From assembly GCF_009914755.1 (NCBI RefSeq), contig NC_060926.1: a DNA stretch of 64,000 bases; one strand, 5' to 3'. This DNA comes from the human T2T-CHM13v2.0 reference genome, Homo sapiens. Numbering within the stretch: position 1 is the first letter of the stretch; each line of letters begins with the position of its first letter. The notes below the pieces were generated by a model, which saw only the letters and a list, made by a program, of their open reading frames with translations, was not told the DNA's origin and ran no database searches. The position numbers were made by a program, and so were the translations under genes. Below are positions 1-11,473 of the stretch, piece by piece.

Positions 1-149
1 TGATTTAGTCAAAGAGAAAACTGTCCCTCGATTTGTTGACAAAATCTAGCCTATAGACATGGTTTGTTTCTTTCCTGTGCAAGTGTCATTAAGCTCAAAT
101 GGACCTAATCTTCAACTGCTGAATGCCAAGGTGCCAGCCATAGCAGAGA

Positions 150-400
150 AGTTCAGAACATGAACTTTGGAGCGAGTTGGGAAGACAACTGATGTTTAAA
201 TTCTACCTCTGCCATTTACCAGGTTTGAGACCTTAATAAAGTCATTTAATATTCTGAATCTTGATTTTTCTGTAAAGTCAAAATAATAATTATTAATTGG
301 TTATTGTGATAATTAAATAAGAATGTATTGACAGGGCTTAGCAAGCACCTGATAAAATATTTAGCACCTAATAAATATTTAGCACTGAATAAAATATTAT
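150..400 (+). mobile_element. MIR SINE fragment
   Basis: MIR-core-like 'aaattctacctctgccatttaccagg...tcatttaatattctgaatcttgatttttctgtaaag'; boundaries approximate. Confidence 0.65.
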
Positions 401-679
401 TTGCTATGACCTCTCTATGAGCCTGAGGGACACCTTTATAATGATGAAGTACAAGCATCTTAAGTTTGTTCTGTAGAAAAAAGAACTTGTAATAGTTTCA
501 AACAAAGCTTTTCTTATCAGTGTCCTTCTCTTGATTAAAAATGTCATTACCCTCTGAACAACTCAGGCTGGAAACTACTGGACTTTTTATTATTATGATG
601 ATTATTTTTCAAATCCCTTAACTCCCTCATCCCCTAACCTAGCGAATCTTCCATCACTGCTAGTTTTTTTTCTTGAAAA

Positions 680-870
680 CAATGGTTTTCCAACTTTTTG
701 TGGTTTATAGACTAATTTTAGAATATTGTGAAGCCAGGAAATAGTCTCCATAGAATAATGCACTCAGGTGTACAAAATTTTATAGACTATTTTTAGGCTA
801 AACAGACCCTCCAAAGCCCACATAAGTACCTCCTAGGTGTCTAGGGAGGAAATTTTGAGAACCCCAGCTC
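680..870. mobile_element. hAT-Charlie MITE (MER103-like)
   Basis: Degenerate Charlie-type termini ('ggttttccaac'...'ttgagaacccca') and MER103-like interior 'agaataatgcac...caaaatttt'. Confidence 0.5.
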
Positions 871-1081
871 TAAAATAGTTCTTCAAACTAGATGAGCCTT
901 TTCATGTCTTTGACATCTACTCTAGTTCCAAATCCTTTTCATCTCTTGCCTAAATTCAACTTGGTCTCTTTGATTCCAGCAAGCTCTTTCTCCTACCGAG
1001 AATCCACCCTTTTCCCAATGTCTTTTTCACCTAAAGTAACATTTTCTTCCTCAAATTCTTCGGAAATTTGTTGTTGATTAA

Positions 1082-1228
1082 CACTGGTCCTCAAATGCTA
1101 CCTTATATCATGAGATAGAGAGATTTTGAATGTAGACAAGAGATGGGTTCCAGAGACCTAGATACTTTTTAAAAACTTTGGAGATGATTCTGACCCTAGT
1201 AGGCCCAGACCACACTTTGAGAAACATT
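1082..1228. mobile_element. MER5-type hAT-Charlie MITE
   Basis: 'gatgattctga...ccagaccacactttgagaaaca' matches a MER5 end. Confidence 0.55.
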
Positions 1229-1411
1229 ATCCCAAGATGATCTCTTCAAGCTAACTTTCTCGGTCATCATTTTGTTCAACTTAGCCTCTGTCCTTTCATA
1301 AACTGGGTATGTTTTGAACTTTGTTTTTATTTGCCCTTCAATTTAGAAAACTCTCTTCACTCTCACAATTTGGTTGAAAAACTTTCTTTTCTTACATTGA
1401 AAAAGAAATTT

Positions 1412-1559
1412 AGAGACAGGGTCTCACTGTATCACCGAGGCTGGAGTACAGTGGCACCATCATAGCTCACTGCAGCCTCAAACTCCTGGGCTCAAGCCAT
1501 CCTCTTGCTTCAGCCTCCTGGGTCCCTGAGATTACAGGTGTGAGCCATTGTGCCTGACC
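1412..1559 (-). mobile_element. Alu monomer (FRAM / AluJ-derived)
   Basis: 'agagacagggtctcact...ctcactgcagcctcaaactcctgggctcaag...ttacaggtgtgagccattgtgcctgacc'; single arm only. Confidence 0.9.
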
Positions 1560-4122
1560 TCAAAACTACTTATTCTTTATCACTCAGTACAACCACTGAC
1601 TCTTCTATGGATTCTTCCTTCACCAGCTGCCCTAATAAGAAGGCAATATACCTTCTTCTAATGTCCTACCATTGCCCTCTGCAAGCACTGCCATTATAGC
1701 ACATGGGAGACTTTCCCTTGAATTACTTTTGCTTGTGTGCATGTCTGGCACCTCCACTAGATTGTACAGTCTTTGAAGGTAGATCAGATTCTACTTACTC
1801 CATATGTTGTAGATATTCCTAAAATGTTTGCTGAATTATAAAATTTGCTATCATTCACATATGTGCCACATTTTAAAATTATTTTGTCTGTCCTCAGAAC
1901 AGCAGAACTCAAAGTTATGGTACAGAGGAGGCTCGTTTGTTACAATGCAGGGCCATGCTATTGTACTGGGGCCAGCTTGTACTGGCTCGGAAGAACTGTC
2001 TGTGTGCATTTCTTCCCAATTCTGAATTCAATGATGTCCTTTTGGTAAGCTTGAAATCAGTCATAGTGATAATATTTACCCCACAGAAATCAGCAAATGC
2101 TATAAATCAGGGTTTTTTCTTTTAAATAATTTTTTCTTTTTTTGAGAATGATTTACCAGCACAGCACTGCCAGTAACCAAAATAGTCATATAATTTCTGT
2201 GTGCCTTCATAGAATCCAATCTAATAAGAAAAACTCATTTAGCAATCTTGAAAGCCACCGTTTGCAAGTAAAAGAGCTACATATAAATCAAAGCCCTGGA
2301 ACTTCACTGCTCAGAATGACATGGAGTAGAATATACCAAGGCACCAAGATGTAGGATTTTCCTTGATCTTCCATTTGTAAACTATGAGACATTAAGCAAA
2401 TTGCTTGAATCTCTTGTAGGCTTTAATGTTATCACCTTCACACTGAAAACATTAATGCCTTCCCCTGTTTCAAAAACCTAATTTAAGAGTAAATGAGGGA
2501 AGCCATGTGTGCAGAAGCATTTTAAAAATTGCTATCAAAATGTGTTCTTTCTGCCTCTGAGCTTCTAGATTCAGTTTTACAAAGGAGATTCCAGTCAATA
2601 AGAGAGTGACAGTTCTTTATCCTCACTAATCAATCTAAATCTACGAACAGTTAGTGCATGCTTTAAATGCTGTATGTATCATCCATTTCCTTCCTCAAAA
2701 GGCAAACCTGCAGAAACATCAACCAGACTAGGCATTTTGCCTCTTCTCCTAGAAATTTTCCCTTTATTTGCACGGAATTCCCCTTCCCTTAAAATGGTAA
2801 ACACTAGAACTATCTGATCTTTATCACAGATTTTAGTGAAATACAGACATACCATTTAACTATCCTCCCTGCTCTCCATAATATAAAAATAAATGGCATT
2901 GATTAGTGATTGACTTCAAAGTGAATAATTGAGCTTTAATGAGTTTATAAAAGGGATTGAAATCAAGGCAATAAATTAAAAGCAAAATAAAAGAGTAAAC
3001 AAGAAAGGATGTTTTACAACTTGGTTCCATTACAGTCTATGCTAACCAGATTAAAAAGTAATTGCCATGTCAAGAAAAATTATAGTGGCCTCTGCAAAAT
3101 GGAAGAGCAGTAGGCTCTCTTTGTGTGTGGGTGTAAAATGAAGAAATTAGAAAGTAAATAATTACAGAGAAGGAGGGAGAGGGCAAAATTTTTTCCTGGC
3201 AGTCATTACGCTTTTAATATCAGAGATTTCTTCATAGAAATAGACATTATCATCAACACATGCTAATGAGCTGCCTGATTTAAACTAAAATCTTTAATGT
3301 CCTCCATTATCTTTGTATAAGTGAAGTTTCATGCTTTGTAAAGATATAAAGATATCTAATATCTTTTGTATAACATATCAGGAGTATATTTATGACTGCA
3401 TGGTTTAATAATTTTAAATGTCCCTAAATTAATGACATTAAAAAGACATAATAGTCTCAATATTTTAGGGGACCTTTTAAAAATAGGCTTTAAAAAAATA
3501 AAAAATTGATGACATTTAGACAAATGATCTAAAATAAGAAGCAATTGTGATTGGAGAACCAAAAGCCACCATAAAATAGGGAGATTACGTAAAATAAATT
3601 GGATGTAGCTATCATCTCTATGAGCCCTGATAATATGTCACAGGGCACTTATGGAATTGAATGCAGCCCTCAGAGACCCACAGCTCATTATCACTGAGAA
3701 TTCATGGGCAGCTGGTGAGAAGCCTAAATAGTGGTAAAGGGCAGATGTAGCAGCAATTTTTAAAATAACTATCTCTAGAATCTTCACAGCCTGAGAATCC
3801 GCTCTAAGAAAACAACCAAAAAGATGCAAGCATCAAAATTCAAGATGGTATCTGTTGATAAATCTAATAAGCAAGATAATTGTGACTTAACATGTATACA
3901 GGGAACTGTGGTGGGTACAGTGTTGATGGCAGTGAATTGAAATTAACCAAATGTCCCCACAGACACATCTATCTATTGGGACTTCCAAGTTAGACTGGGA
4001 GCACTTGTACAGAATGCCTGGGAGAGTCGAGGTAGCCAAATGAGGAACCTGTTTTGAGATAATAGGAATGTTTTCCAGGAGTGTTAAGACCAGCCCTTCA
4101 GTAGTTGGAGTATCTTGACCTC

Positions 4123-4476
4123 TGTGTTAGTCCATTTTCATGCTGCTGATAAAGACATACCCGAGACTGGGCAATTTACAAAAGAAAGAGGTTTAACGGA
4201 CTTATAGTTCTACGTGTCTGGAGAGGCCTCACAATCATGGCAGAAGGCAAGGAGGAGCAAGTCATGTCTTACGTGGATGGCAGCAGGCAAAGAGAGAGCT
4301 TGTGCAGGGAAACTCCCCTTTATCAAACCATTAGATCTTGTGAGGCTTATTCACTATCAAAAGAAAAGCACAGGAAACACCTGCCCCCATGATTCAATTA
4401 CCTCCCACTGGGTCCCTCCCACAACATGTGGGAATTCAAGATGAGATTTGGGCAGGGACACAGCCAAACCATATCA
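4123..4476 (-). mobile_element. THE1A/B-like solo LTR (ERVL-MaLR)
   Basis: Full LTR 'tgtgttagtccattttcatgctgctgataaagacatacccgag...gggacacagccaaaccatatca'; 5-bp TSD acctc/acctg. Confidence 0.95.
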
Positions 4477-5433
4477 ACCTGTAACAAAGGCTTAGGTATC
4501 ACAAATAAAGAGAACAGACCTGTTTATACTTTCATCACACCCTAAGTGAGGACTAACACTGACTTTTATTGTGCATTTACTTTAAGAATCTGTAGTCCTG
4601 GCTAGATTGAGGTCAAAAACATAAATAAGTAGATGTTCAGATAAATACACAATTGTATGTGAAAGATTATTTGAAAGATAATCACCCCCTTAAAGATTCA
4701 TCATTCACTTAATACTATTGACAGTTAATATCCTTTGTACAAATTCTTTTTTGAGTTGGTCTGAGATGGAGATCATATGTTGATTAAATTCAGAAATTCA
4801 ACTGTTACTCTAAGCTATGTGATAGAGATTGAGTAAAAAAAGTTTCTCTCCTTTATTTTCTAGTTTTCCCATTAAAAGAAAATTCTTAAATGCATTTAAG
4901 ATGTTCCTCTCTTTACAGGACATAAACTCGTTCATAGCAGTGCTTTTAAAAAAAATCCATGACCACAAAAGAAGAAGCACGATTCAAATTGATTTAAAAA
5001 CTTGGAAAGAATTTTATCTCAAATGGAAGAATTGTTTTTTCATTTCCATAATGTTCTTGGTTTTAGTTGAATTATTTCAAGGAAGTTTGCTCAGGCAAGT
5101 TAGGTAATTTGCGTGGAGCTATCACAGGCTACAAAAATACAAAAACATACAGACTTCTTAATTTCACAAATATTACAAAACAAAACATTGATCAGAAAAA
5201 CCTGAAAATTTAATTTAAAATGGGATGTGATACCACCAGGCAGAAAAAAAATTGCAAATGGTCTTTAGACATACTAAGATGCCCAAATTAATTAACGATA
5301 AAATAAAAGCAAAATAAAAATGTACTAGATATCATTTTTTCACATATCATGAAAATGAAAATCCAAACAGTTAATAGCACACTTAGTTGGAAAGTTGTGG
5401 GGAAACAGGAATACAGAGATATTTGACAATATC

Positions 5434-5470
5434 TTTTTTTTTTTTTTTTTTTTGAGACGGAGTCTCGCTC
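5434..5470 (-). mobile_element. Ultrashort Alu 3' end (T20 + 17 nt)
   Basis: T20 followed by GAGACGGAGTCTCGCTC, an exact Alu 3' terminus with both CpGs intact. Confidence 0.8.
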
Positions 5471-5628
5471 AAAGTGCATATACCTTATAGAGTGGATACT
5501 ATAGCTAATGCTTAGACATGAGCAATAGAGATTTTCAAAGTAATTCATTGCATCATGGTTGTAAGGGCCAAAAAACTGAAACAATGTTAATGTCTACAAA
5601 GAGAGTACTGATAAAATAAATTATGGCA

Positions 5629-5924
5629 GGCTAGGCACAGTAGCTCACACCTTCAATCCCAGCACTCTGGGAGGCCAACGCAAGAGGATCACTTGAGCAT
5701 AGGAGTTCAAGATCAGCCTGGGTAACATAGTTAGACCCCGTCTCTACAAAAAATAAAAAATAAAAATCATCTGGGCATGAGGGCACACGCCTGTGGTCCC
5801 AACTACTTAGGATGCTGAGGCGGGAGGATAGCTTGAGACTAGGAGGTCAAGGCTACAGTGAGCTGTGATTGCACCACTGTACTCCACTTTGGGTGATAGA
5901 GTTAAACTTTGTCTCAAAAAAAAA
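5629..5924 (+). mobile_element. AluJ (AluJo-like)
   Basis: Dimeric Alu with J diagnostics ('gaggatcacttgag', 'ggaggtcaaggctacagtgagctgtgattg'); TSD approx. tatggca. Confidence 0.95.
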
Positions 5925-6151
5925 TATGGCAGATCCGTATGATGACTACTATATAGCTGTGGAAAAGAGTGAAAAGAGTCAAAGATTATAATTGCTCTCC
6001 AAGATAAAGCAAAAAAACAAGGTGCAGAACAGTTTGTATAGTAAGATATATTTTGTGTACCAAAAAAACCAAGAATAAAACTATGTATTTATATTTGCTT
6101 GAATATACCCAGAAACTCTGAAAAACTGCACATACATTAATAGCAGTAATT

Positions 6152-6520
<369 letters not shown>

Positions 6521-7039
6521 TTAAATGACAGCCATAAATCACTTTGCTATTTTTCTATGATAATTGAAAGACAGTGACTCTAGGGAGTTTTGAATGAATA
6601 TTGACTTCTTCTTAATTCTAAAGCTCTTGGGATTTGGTACATAGCTAAATTCAAACTTAATTTGTTTCAAAGTATTTTTACATCGACTTTCTATTACAGA
6701 TTCTAAGATGCTCTAAAGAGCTAAATTTCAGTCCTTTATTAGTCTTTCATGAAGTAAATGGGATGTTCTTTATAGACCCATTTACTATAGTATTATATAT
6801 GATAGATATGCACCATTTTTGTAAGGGTGTGAAGAAGAGGCCATATTGAATTCCTGCAAATATAGAGTGTCTGCATCAGTTTGGGACTTTCTCCTGAGTC
6901 ACATTTCCATTAGATGTCGCCTATATGTTACACATATCCTTACACTACAAAATAATCACCTTTTCAACTTCTGATAAAGCTTGATCTATCTCATGATGAT
7001 CGTGTCTCAGTTTAAATTAGTTCCTACAATATATCTCCT

Positions 7040-7225
7040 CATAGCGCTATCTACTTTCCTAACACTTGCACTTTTAAAGTTATTTCTATAATGATTTGCT
7101 TAATGCAAATCTCTGACACCCAAATGTAAATACAATGGGGGCAGAGAATGTGTCTGTTTTTGTCTGTGCTGTGCTCTCTAGGCCTAACACAGTGTAAGTC
7201 AATCAATATGTGTAAAATTAGTGAA
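7040..7225 (+). mobile_element. L2 3' end fragment
   Basis: 'gggcagagaatgtgtctgttttt...ctctaggcctaacacagtg...aatcaatatgtg' resembles the L2 terminus. Confidence 0.6.
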
Positions 7226-7406
7226 ATTCTGTTCTAAATAAGCCCTATTTTAATTTTATTATTAATTTTAAATAAATCTATTATTTTAATCATTAGCTAG
7301 TATATAGTGCAGAGAGGACAGTAAAACACAGAATAAGCTTCTGTTTCAGACATACCTGAGTTAGTCTTATTAGCATTGACACTATCTAGTGTGTGCCCTT
7401 AGACAA

Positions 7407-7860
7407 TGTCTTGGTTCATTCAAGCAGCCATAACAATAACAACAACAACAACAACAAACAAACAACAACAACAACAAAAACCCATAAACTAAGTGGTATA
7501 TTAACAACAGAAATCTATTTCTCACAGTTCTGGAGGCTGGGAAGTCCAAAATCAAGGCACCAGATGATTTGATTTCTGGCAAGGACCTGTTTTCTGATTC
7601 ACAAACAGCACCTTCTCACTATGTTGTCACAGAATGAAAGGGTTTAGCTAACTCTCTAGGGGCTCACTATGTCATCACTGTGTGGGAGGGTCTAGCTAAC
7701 TCTCTGGGGACTCTTTTATAAGGGTGCTAATACAAATCATGGAGGCCTCACCCTCATGACTTATTCATCTCCCAGAGGTCCCACCTTTTAACACCATCAT
7801 CTTGGAGTTAGGATTTCGACATATGAATTTTGAGGAGATACAAACATTCAAGCCATAGCA
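7407..7860 (-). mobile_element. MLT1A-like MaLR solo LTR nested in a MIR
   Basis: 'tttctcacagttctggaggctgggaagtccaaaatcaagg...acatatgaattttgaggagatacaaacattcaagccatagca'; MIR halves at ~7300-7400 and ~7860-8030. Confidence 0.9.
7425..7477 (+). repeat. (CAA)n microsatellite
   Basis: aacaataacaacaacaacaacaacaaacaaacaacaacaacaac. Confidence 0.9.
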
Positions 7861-8490
7861 AACACTTTATTTGACTTTTCTAATCCTTGGCTGTTTTATC
7901 TATAAAATAGAAGAAAATATATTGTTTCTAATCCATAGGGTTATATTTTGTGGATTAAGTGAAATCAAGAATGCAAAGGACTTAACACAATATCTGGCTC
8001 AGGACGAGAACTCAGTAACAGCCAATTAGGCTTATTGTCATTGCCCCTGGGCTGCAGAGTTAGGCAGTTAGCTATGCCAACTTAGTAGCTATATCCTCTC
8101 TCCCAAACGTTGTCACTAAGTTCATGCTATTTATGACACAGCAAAATGACAAATTCCTTTTGCCTTTAACCCCTCACCCAAATTATTAAAACCAAGAGTA
8201 TTGAGTCTGTATGTACAAAGGGTTGACTGCCACTCTCCTAGCTTCACAGGGTTACCTAGTACTTGATTGGTGATTGTATGTTAAGATCTGTGATTCCAAA
8301 TAAATATTTTGAACATCTGGATGAGAATTTTTTGTTGGGGACAGGGGGAATCATTTCTCTACAAGGGATAGATTGCATGTATTTCCTTTAATAAAGTTTA
8401 ATTCTAGTATTTCAGAAATAAATATTTGATATAATTTTCCATTAAAGTAAATAAAAATTGACTTATTTTACTATTAATATTTGCATTGGC

Positions 8491-8665
8491 TTTTTACAGA
8501 AAATCATAAGAAATGTCTCAATAGAACCCAGTCTTATGTTTTTGTGAGTCTGTGACTTTTGCACACATCTTCTTTTTATGATTTTTCAGAAAATCATAAA
8601 AAAGTGTCAATAAACACAGTCCTATGTTTTTGTGCATCTGTGAGTTTTCTTTTGCACACATTCTT
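8491..8665 (+). repeat. Diverged two-copy tandem duplication, period ~91 bp
   Basis: 'cagaaaatcataa..a.tgtc.aata.a.c.cagtc.tatgtttttgtg..tctgtga..ttttgcacacat' starting near 8491 and again near 8582. Confidence 0.85.
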
Positions 8666-8709
8666 GCTTACAAAGCAAGACTTAACCATAGCTGCTAATG
8701 CATTAAAGT

Positions 8710-8930
8710 TTAAAGTAGTGGTTAAAATCAGAGACTGTGGATTCAGACTATTTAATCCCAGCTCTGCTACTCCCCACTTTCTAGCTGCATGGCCTTGAGC
8801 AAGTGTTTTTTAAAACCTCTCTGTGCCTCAGTTCCTTTATCTGTAAAGTTGAGCTAATAGGGAGCTCATCAGATTGTTGATGAAATGATGCAAAGCATTT
8901 AGAAGATGCTTGATGTAGAAATGCTATATG
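8710..8930 (+). mobile_element. MIR
   Basis: 'aatcccagctctgctact...ccttgagcaagtg...acctctctgtgcctcagttcctttatctgtaaag'. Confidence 0.85.
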
Positions 8931-9110
8931 CAGGCTCCTACTATTTCATATGAGGAAAGTATTATTATCCTTCTTTCTCTAGACCAGATAATGAAGCTAG
9001 GTTTACACATACCACAGTTGCAATCAAGACCTAAACCCAGTTCTTTCAACTTCAAAGCTCACATTTATTTTTTTTTTTTTTTGGTTATCAATTGTTCCTC
9101 AGTTTAAGGC

Positions 9111-9327
9111 CTGCATTCTCAATAGGGCAAAAATTGAGGTTTTGGTAGAACCAAAAATTCTTATTTATTATTACAATGGCTTGTGGTCTTCCAGTGTGTC
9201 ATTGTACCTAAACAAATACACAGCATATATGTGGTATTAAAATTTCATGGACAGGAGGTGATTAGGGGAAAAACATCTAAAAAGTCTGTTGAAGGGGACA
9301 GTCATGAAAACAGGTTGAGAAACACTG
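9111..9327. mobile_element. hAT-Charlie MITE (MER106-like, subfamily uncertain)
   Basis: Termini 'gcattctcaa'...'ggttgagaaacactg'; interior 'gtggtattaaaatttcatgg'. Confidence 0.55.
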
Positions 9328-9847
9328 CTCTAAGTATAGAATGAGGTCATCTATATCAGAGTCTTCTCCCATGCCAACTGAAAACACAAATTTAAGTCCC
9401 ACTCCTTGCAGGTCTACCACTCTTCCCCTCACCTCTGTTAGAATTTCTAGGGCTGGTGCCTGGGAGCCTGCATGAACACCAAACTCCTCAGATGACACTT
9501 ACTCAGGTTTAACTTTGAGATCCCCTGGTCTGTTGGTGAGCTTCTGAACTCCATCAGCTCCCAACGACACACAGAACTGGGCTGTCCTTCTCACTGCCCC
9601 TGTTAGTTGCTCTTGCTCTTCCTCCAGCTGATGTCAGAATGAGGGCCACACACATGGGAACATGATGAAACGACAATGGACTTTAACATTACCATTCAGT
9701 AAATGTGGAGGATTTCATCATCTTCAAAAGGGTAAAAGATGAGATACTGAGGAATGTGTAGCACCCCTGGAATAGCAGAGGAGAGAGGTAAACAATAAAA
9801 ATTGCTACTCTCATCTCCCCATTTGTTCTGCACCCAGCTTGAGCTAA

Positions 9848-10128
9848 TTTTTTTTTTTTTTTTTGTGACAGAGTCTCACTCTGTTGCCCAGGCTGGAGTG
9901 TGGTGAGCGATCTCACTCTGTTGCTCGGCTCACTGCAACCTCCACCTCCCAAGTAGTATCTGGGATTACAGTCGTGTGCCACTGTGCCCGGCAAATTTTT
10001 GTATTTTTTTCATAGAGATAGGGTTCTGCCATGTTGCTCGTGGATCTCGAACTTCTGACCTCAACTGATCTGCTTGTCTCGGCCTCCCAACGTGCTGGGA
10101 TTACAGGCGTGAGCCACTGCGCTCAGCC
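9848..10128 (-). mobile_element. AluS with internal deletion and small insertion
   Basis: Poly-T and both arms present; right arm lacks 'gggttcaagcgattctcctgcctcag' and repeats 'ctcactctgttgc'. Confidence 0.92.
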
Positions 10129-10334
10129 CTAAAACTGTTTTTATATCCACATTTCAAACTGTTTATTTGAAACTGTTTACGAAAGTTAAGTTCCGTGAGA
10201 AAGAATATGGCCTATTTAAAAGAGGAGCATGCATGTTGCAGTGCCAGGGAGTAAAACCTGGAGGAAACCAGCAAGCAGTGACAAGGAACTGGCTGTTTTC
10301 TCCCAGGGACAAGGTGGTTTGGTGCAACTAGCCC

Positions 10335-10480
10335 AAGCTTGGGACCTGGGAGACTGGGTCTAAGTCATGGCTGTGCCATAACTAGCTGGGGCTAGTTATG
10401 CTGGACCTCAGCTTCCTTATCTGTGAAGGGAAGGAATTGCACTAGAGAGTTTCTAAAGTCCCAAATCGATCTAAATTCTG
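10335..10480 (+). mobile_element. MIR/MIR3
   Basis: 'ggctgtgccataactagctg...cctcagcttccttatctgtgaaggg...gagtttctaaagtccc'. Confidence 0.7.
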
Positions 10481-11094
10481 TGTCCTTTCAAATTAATCAT
10501 TAAAGGCTATGAGGCAAGTAAATTTCTGATGGAGAAAGGAAGATCAGAGCAATTAATCAAAGAGAGAGAAGTTATTCCTTTTAGCAAGCTACCAAATTAT
10601 TTTGACTATTTTTCTTCTTTTGAGTTTTCCCAGATTCAGAGAACAGACGAATAGAGGATTGCAGAGGCCACTGGGGCAACAGAAAGAAAAAGCTATCCCT
10701 CTTAATCACTGAAAGCCAGGCGGGGCCCCAAGTGGGTAGCAAGGAGGTGGGACACAGTGTTGGCCAGAGGGCTGGAAGGGGTCCAGGTCCAATCATATTT
10801 CATGGCTGTGCATGTGCTGTAAACGTTTGGGTTTAGTTTTTCTCCATCCACTCTTGCTGAAGGGTTCAGAATGTTTATCTAGTGACTAAACCCGTTCTCA
10901 GCATCCCTGAGGCAATTGCCTATGCTTAAAATTTATACATATATATGCATTTTCAGTCCTATGTGTTAGGAAAATCTTTGCTTCCCCTAGAGACCAGAAG
11001 TATTTTTCCCCTTATATACAATGCAAAATTATATAACTGATTATTTTTTCTTCTAGGCCTTATCCACCAGGAAGATAGGAGCCATTATTACATC

Positions 11095-11473
11095 TGATAT
11101 GGTTTGGCTGTGTCCCCACCCAAATCTCATCTTGAACTGTAGCTCCCATAATGCCCATATGTCATGGGAGGGACCTGATGAAAGATAATTGAATCATGAC
11201 AGCAGTTACCTCCAAGCTGTTCTCGTGATAGTGAGTGAGTTCTTATAAGATCTAATGGCTTTATAAGGAGCTTTCCCCTACCCCTTCACTTTACACTTCT
11301 CCTTGCTGCTGCCATGTGCAGAAGGATGTGTTTGCTTTCCCTTCCATCATGATTGTAAGTTTCCTGAGGTCTCCCCAGCCATGGTGAACTGTGAATCAAT
11401 TAAATCTCTTTCCTTTATAAATTACCCAGTCTCAGGTATGTCTTTATTAACAGCATGAGGATAGACTAATACA
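11095..11473 (+). mobile_element. THE1C-like solo LTR
   Basis: 'tgatatggtttggctgtgtccccacccaaatctcatcttgaa...gattgtaagtttcctgagg...gactaataca'. Confidence 0.95.

Larger units (their letters stand above)
5200..6150 (+). mobile_element. Old L1M 3' fragment interrupted by Alus
   Basis: L1M-like 'atttgacaatatc', 'aattcattgcatcatggttgtaagggccaaaaaactgaaacaa', 'aaataaattatggca'. Confidence 0.55.

Noticed and set aside
344-398. Three ~18-bp repeats (agcacct.ataaa.tattt) that superficially resemble an array
   Set aside because: No spacers; simple slippage within a MIR tail, not CRISPR-like.
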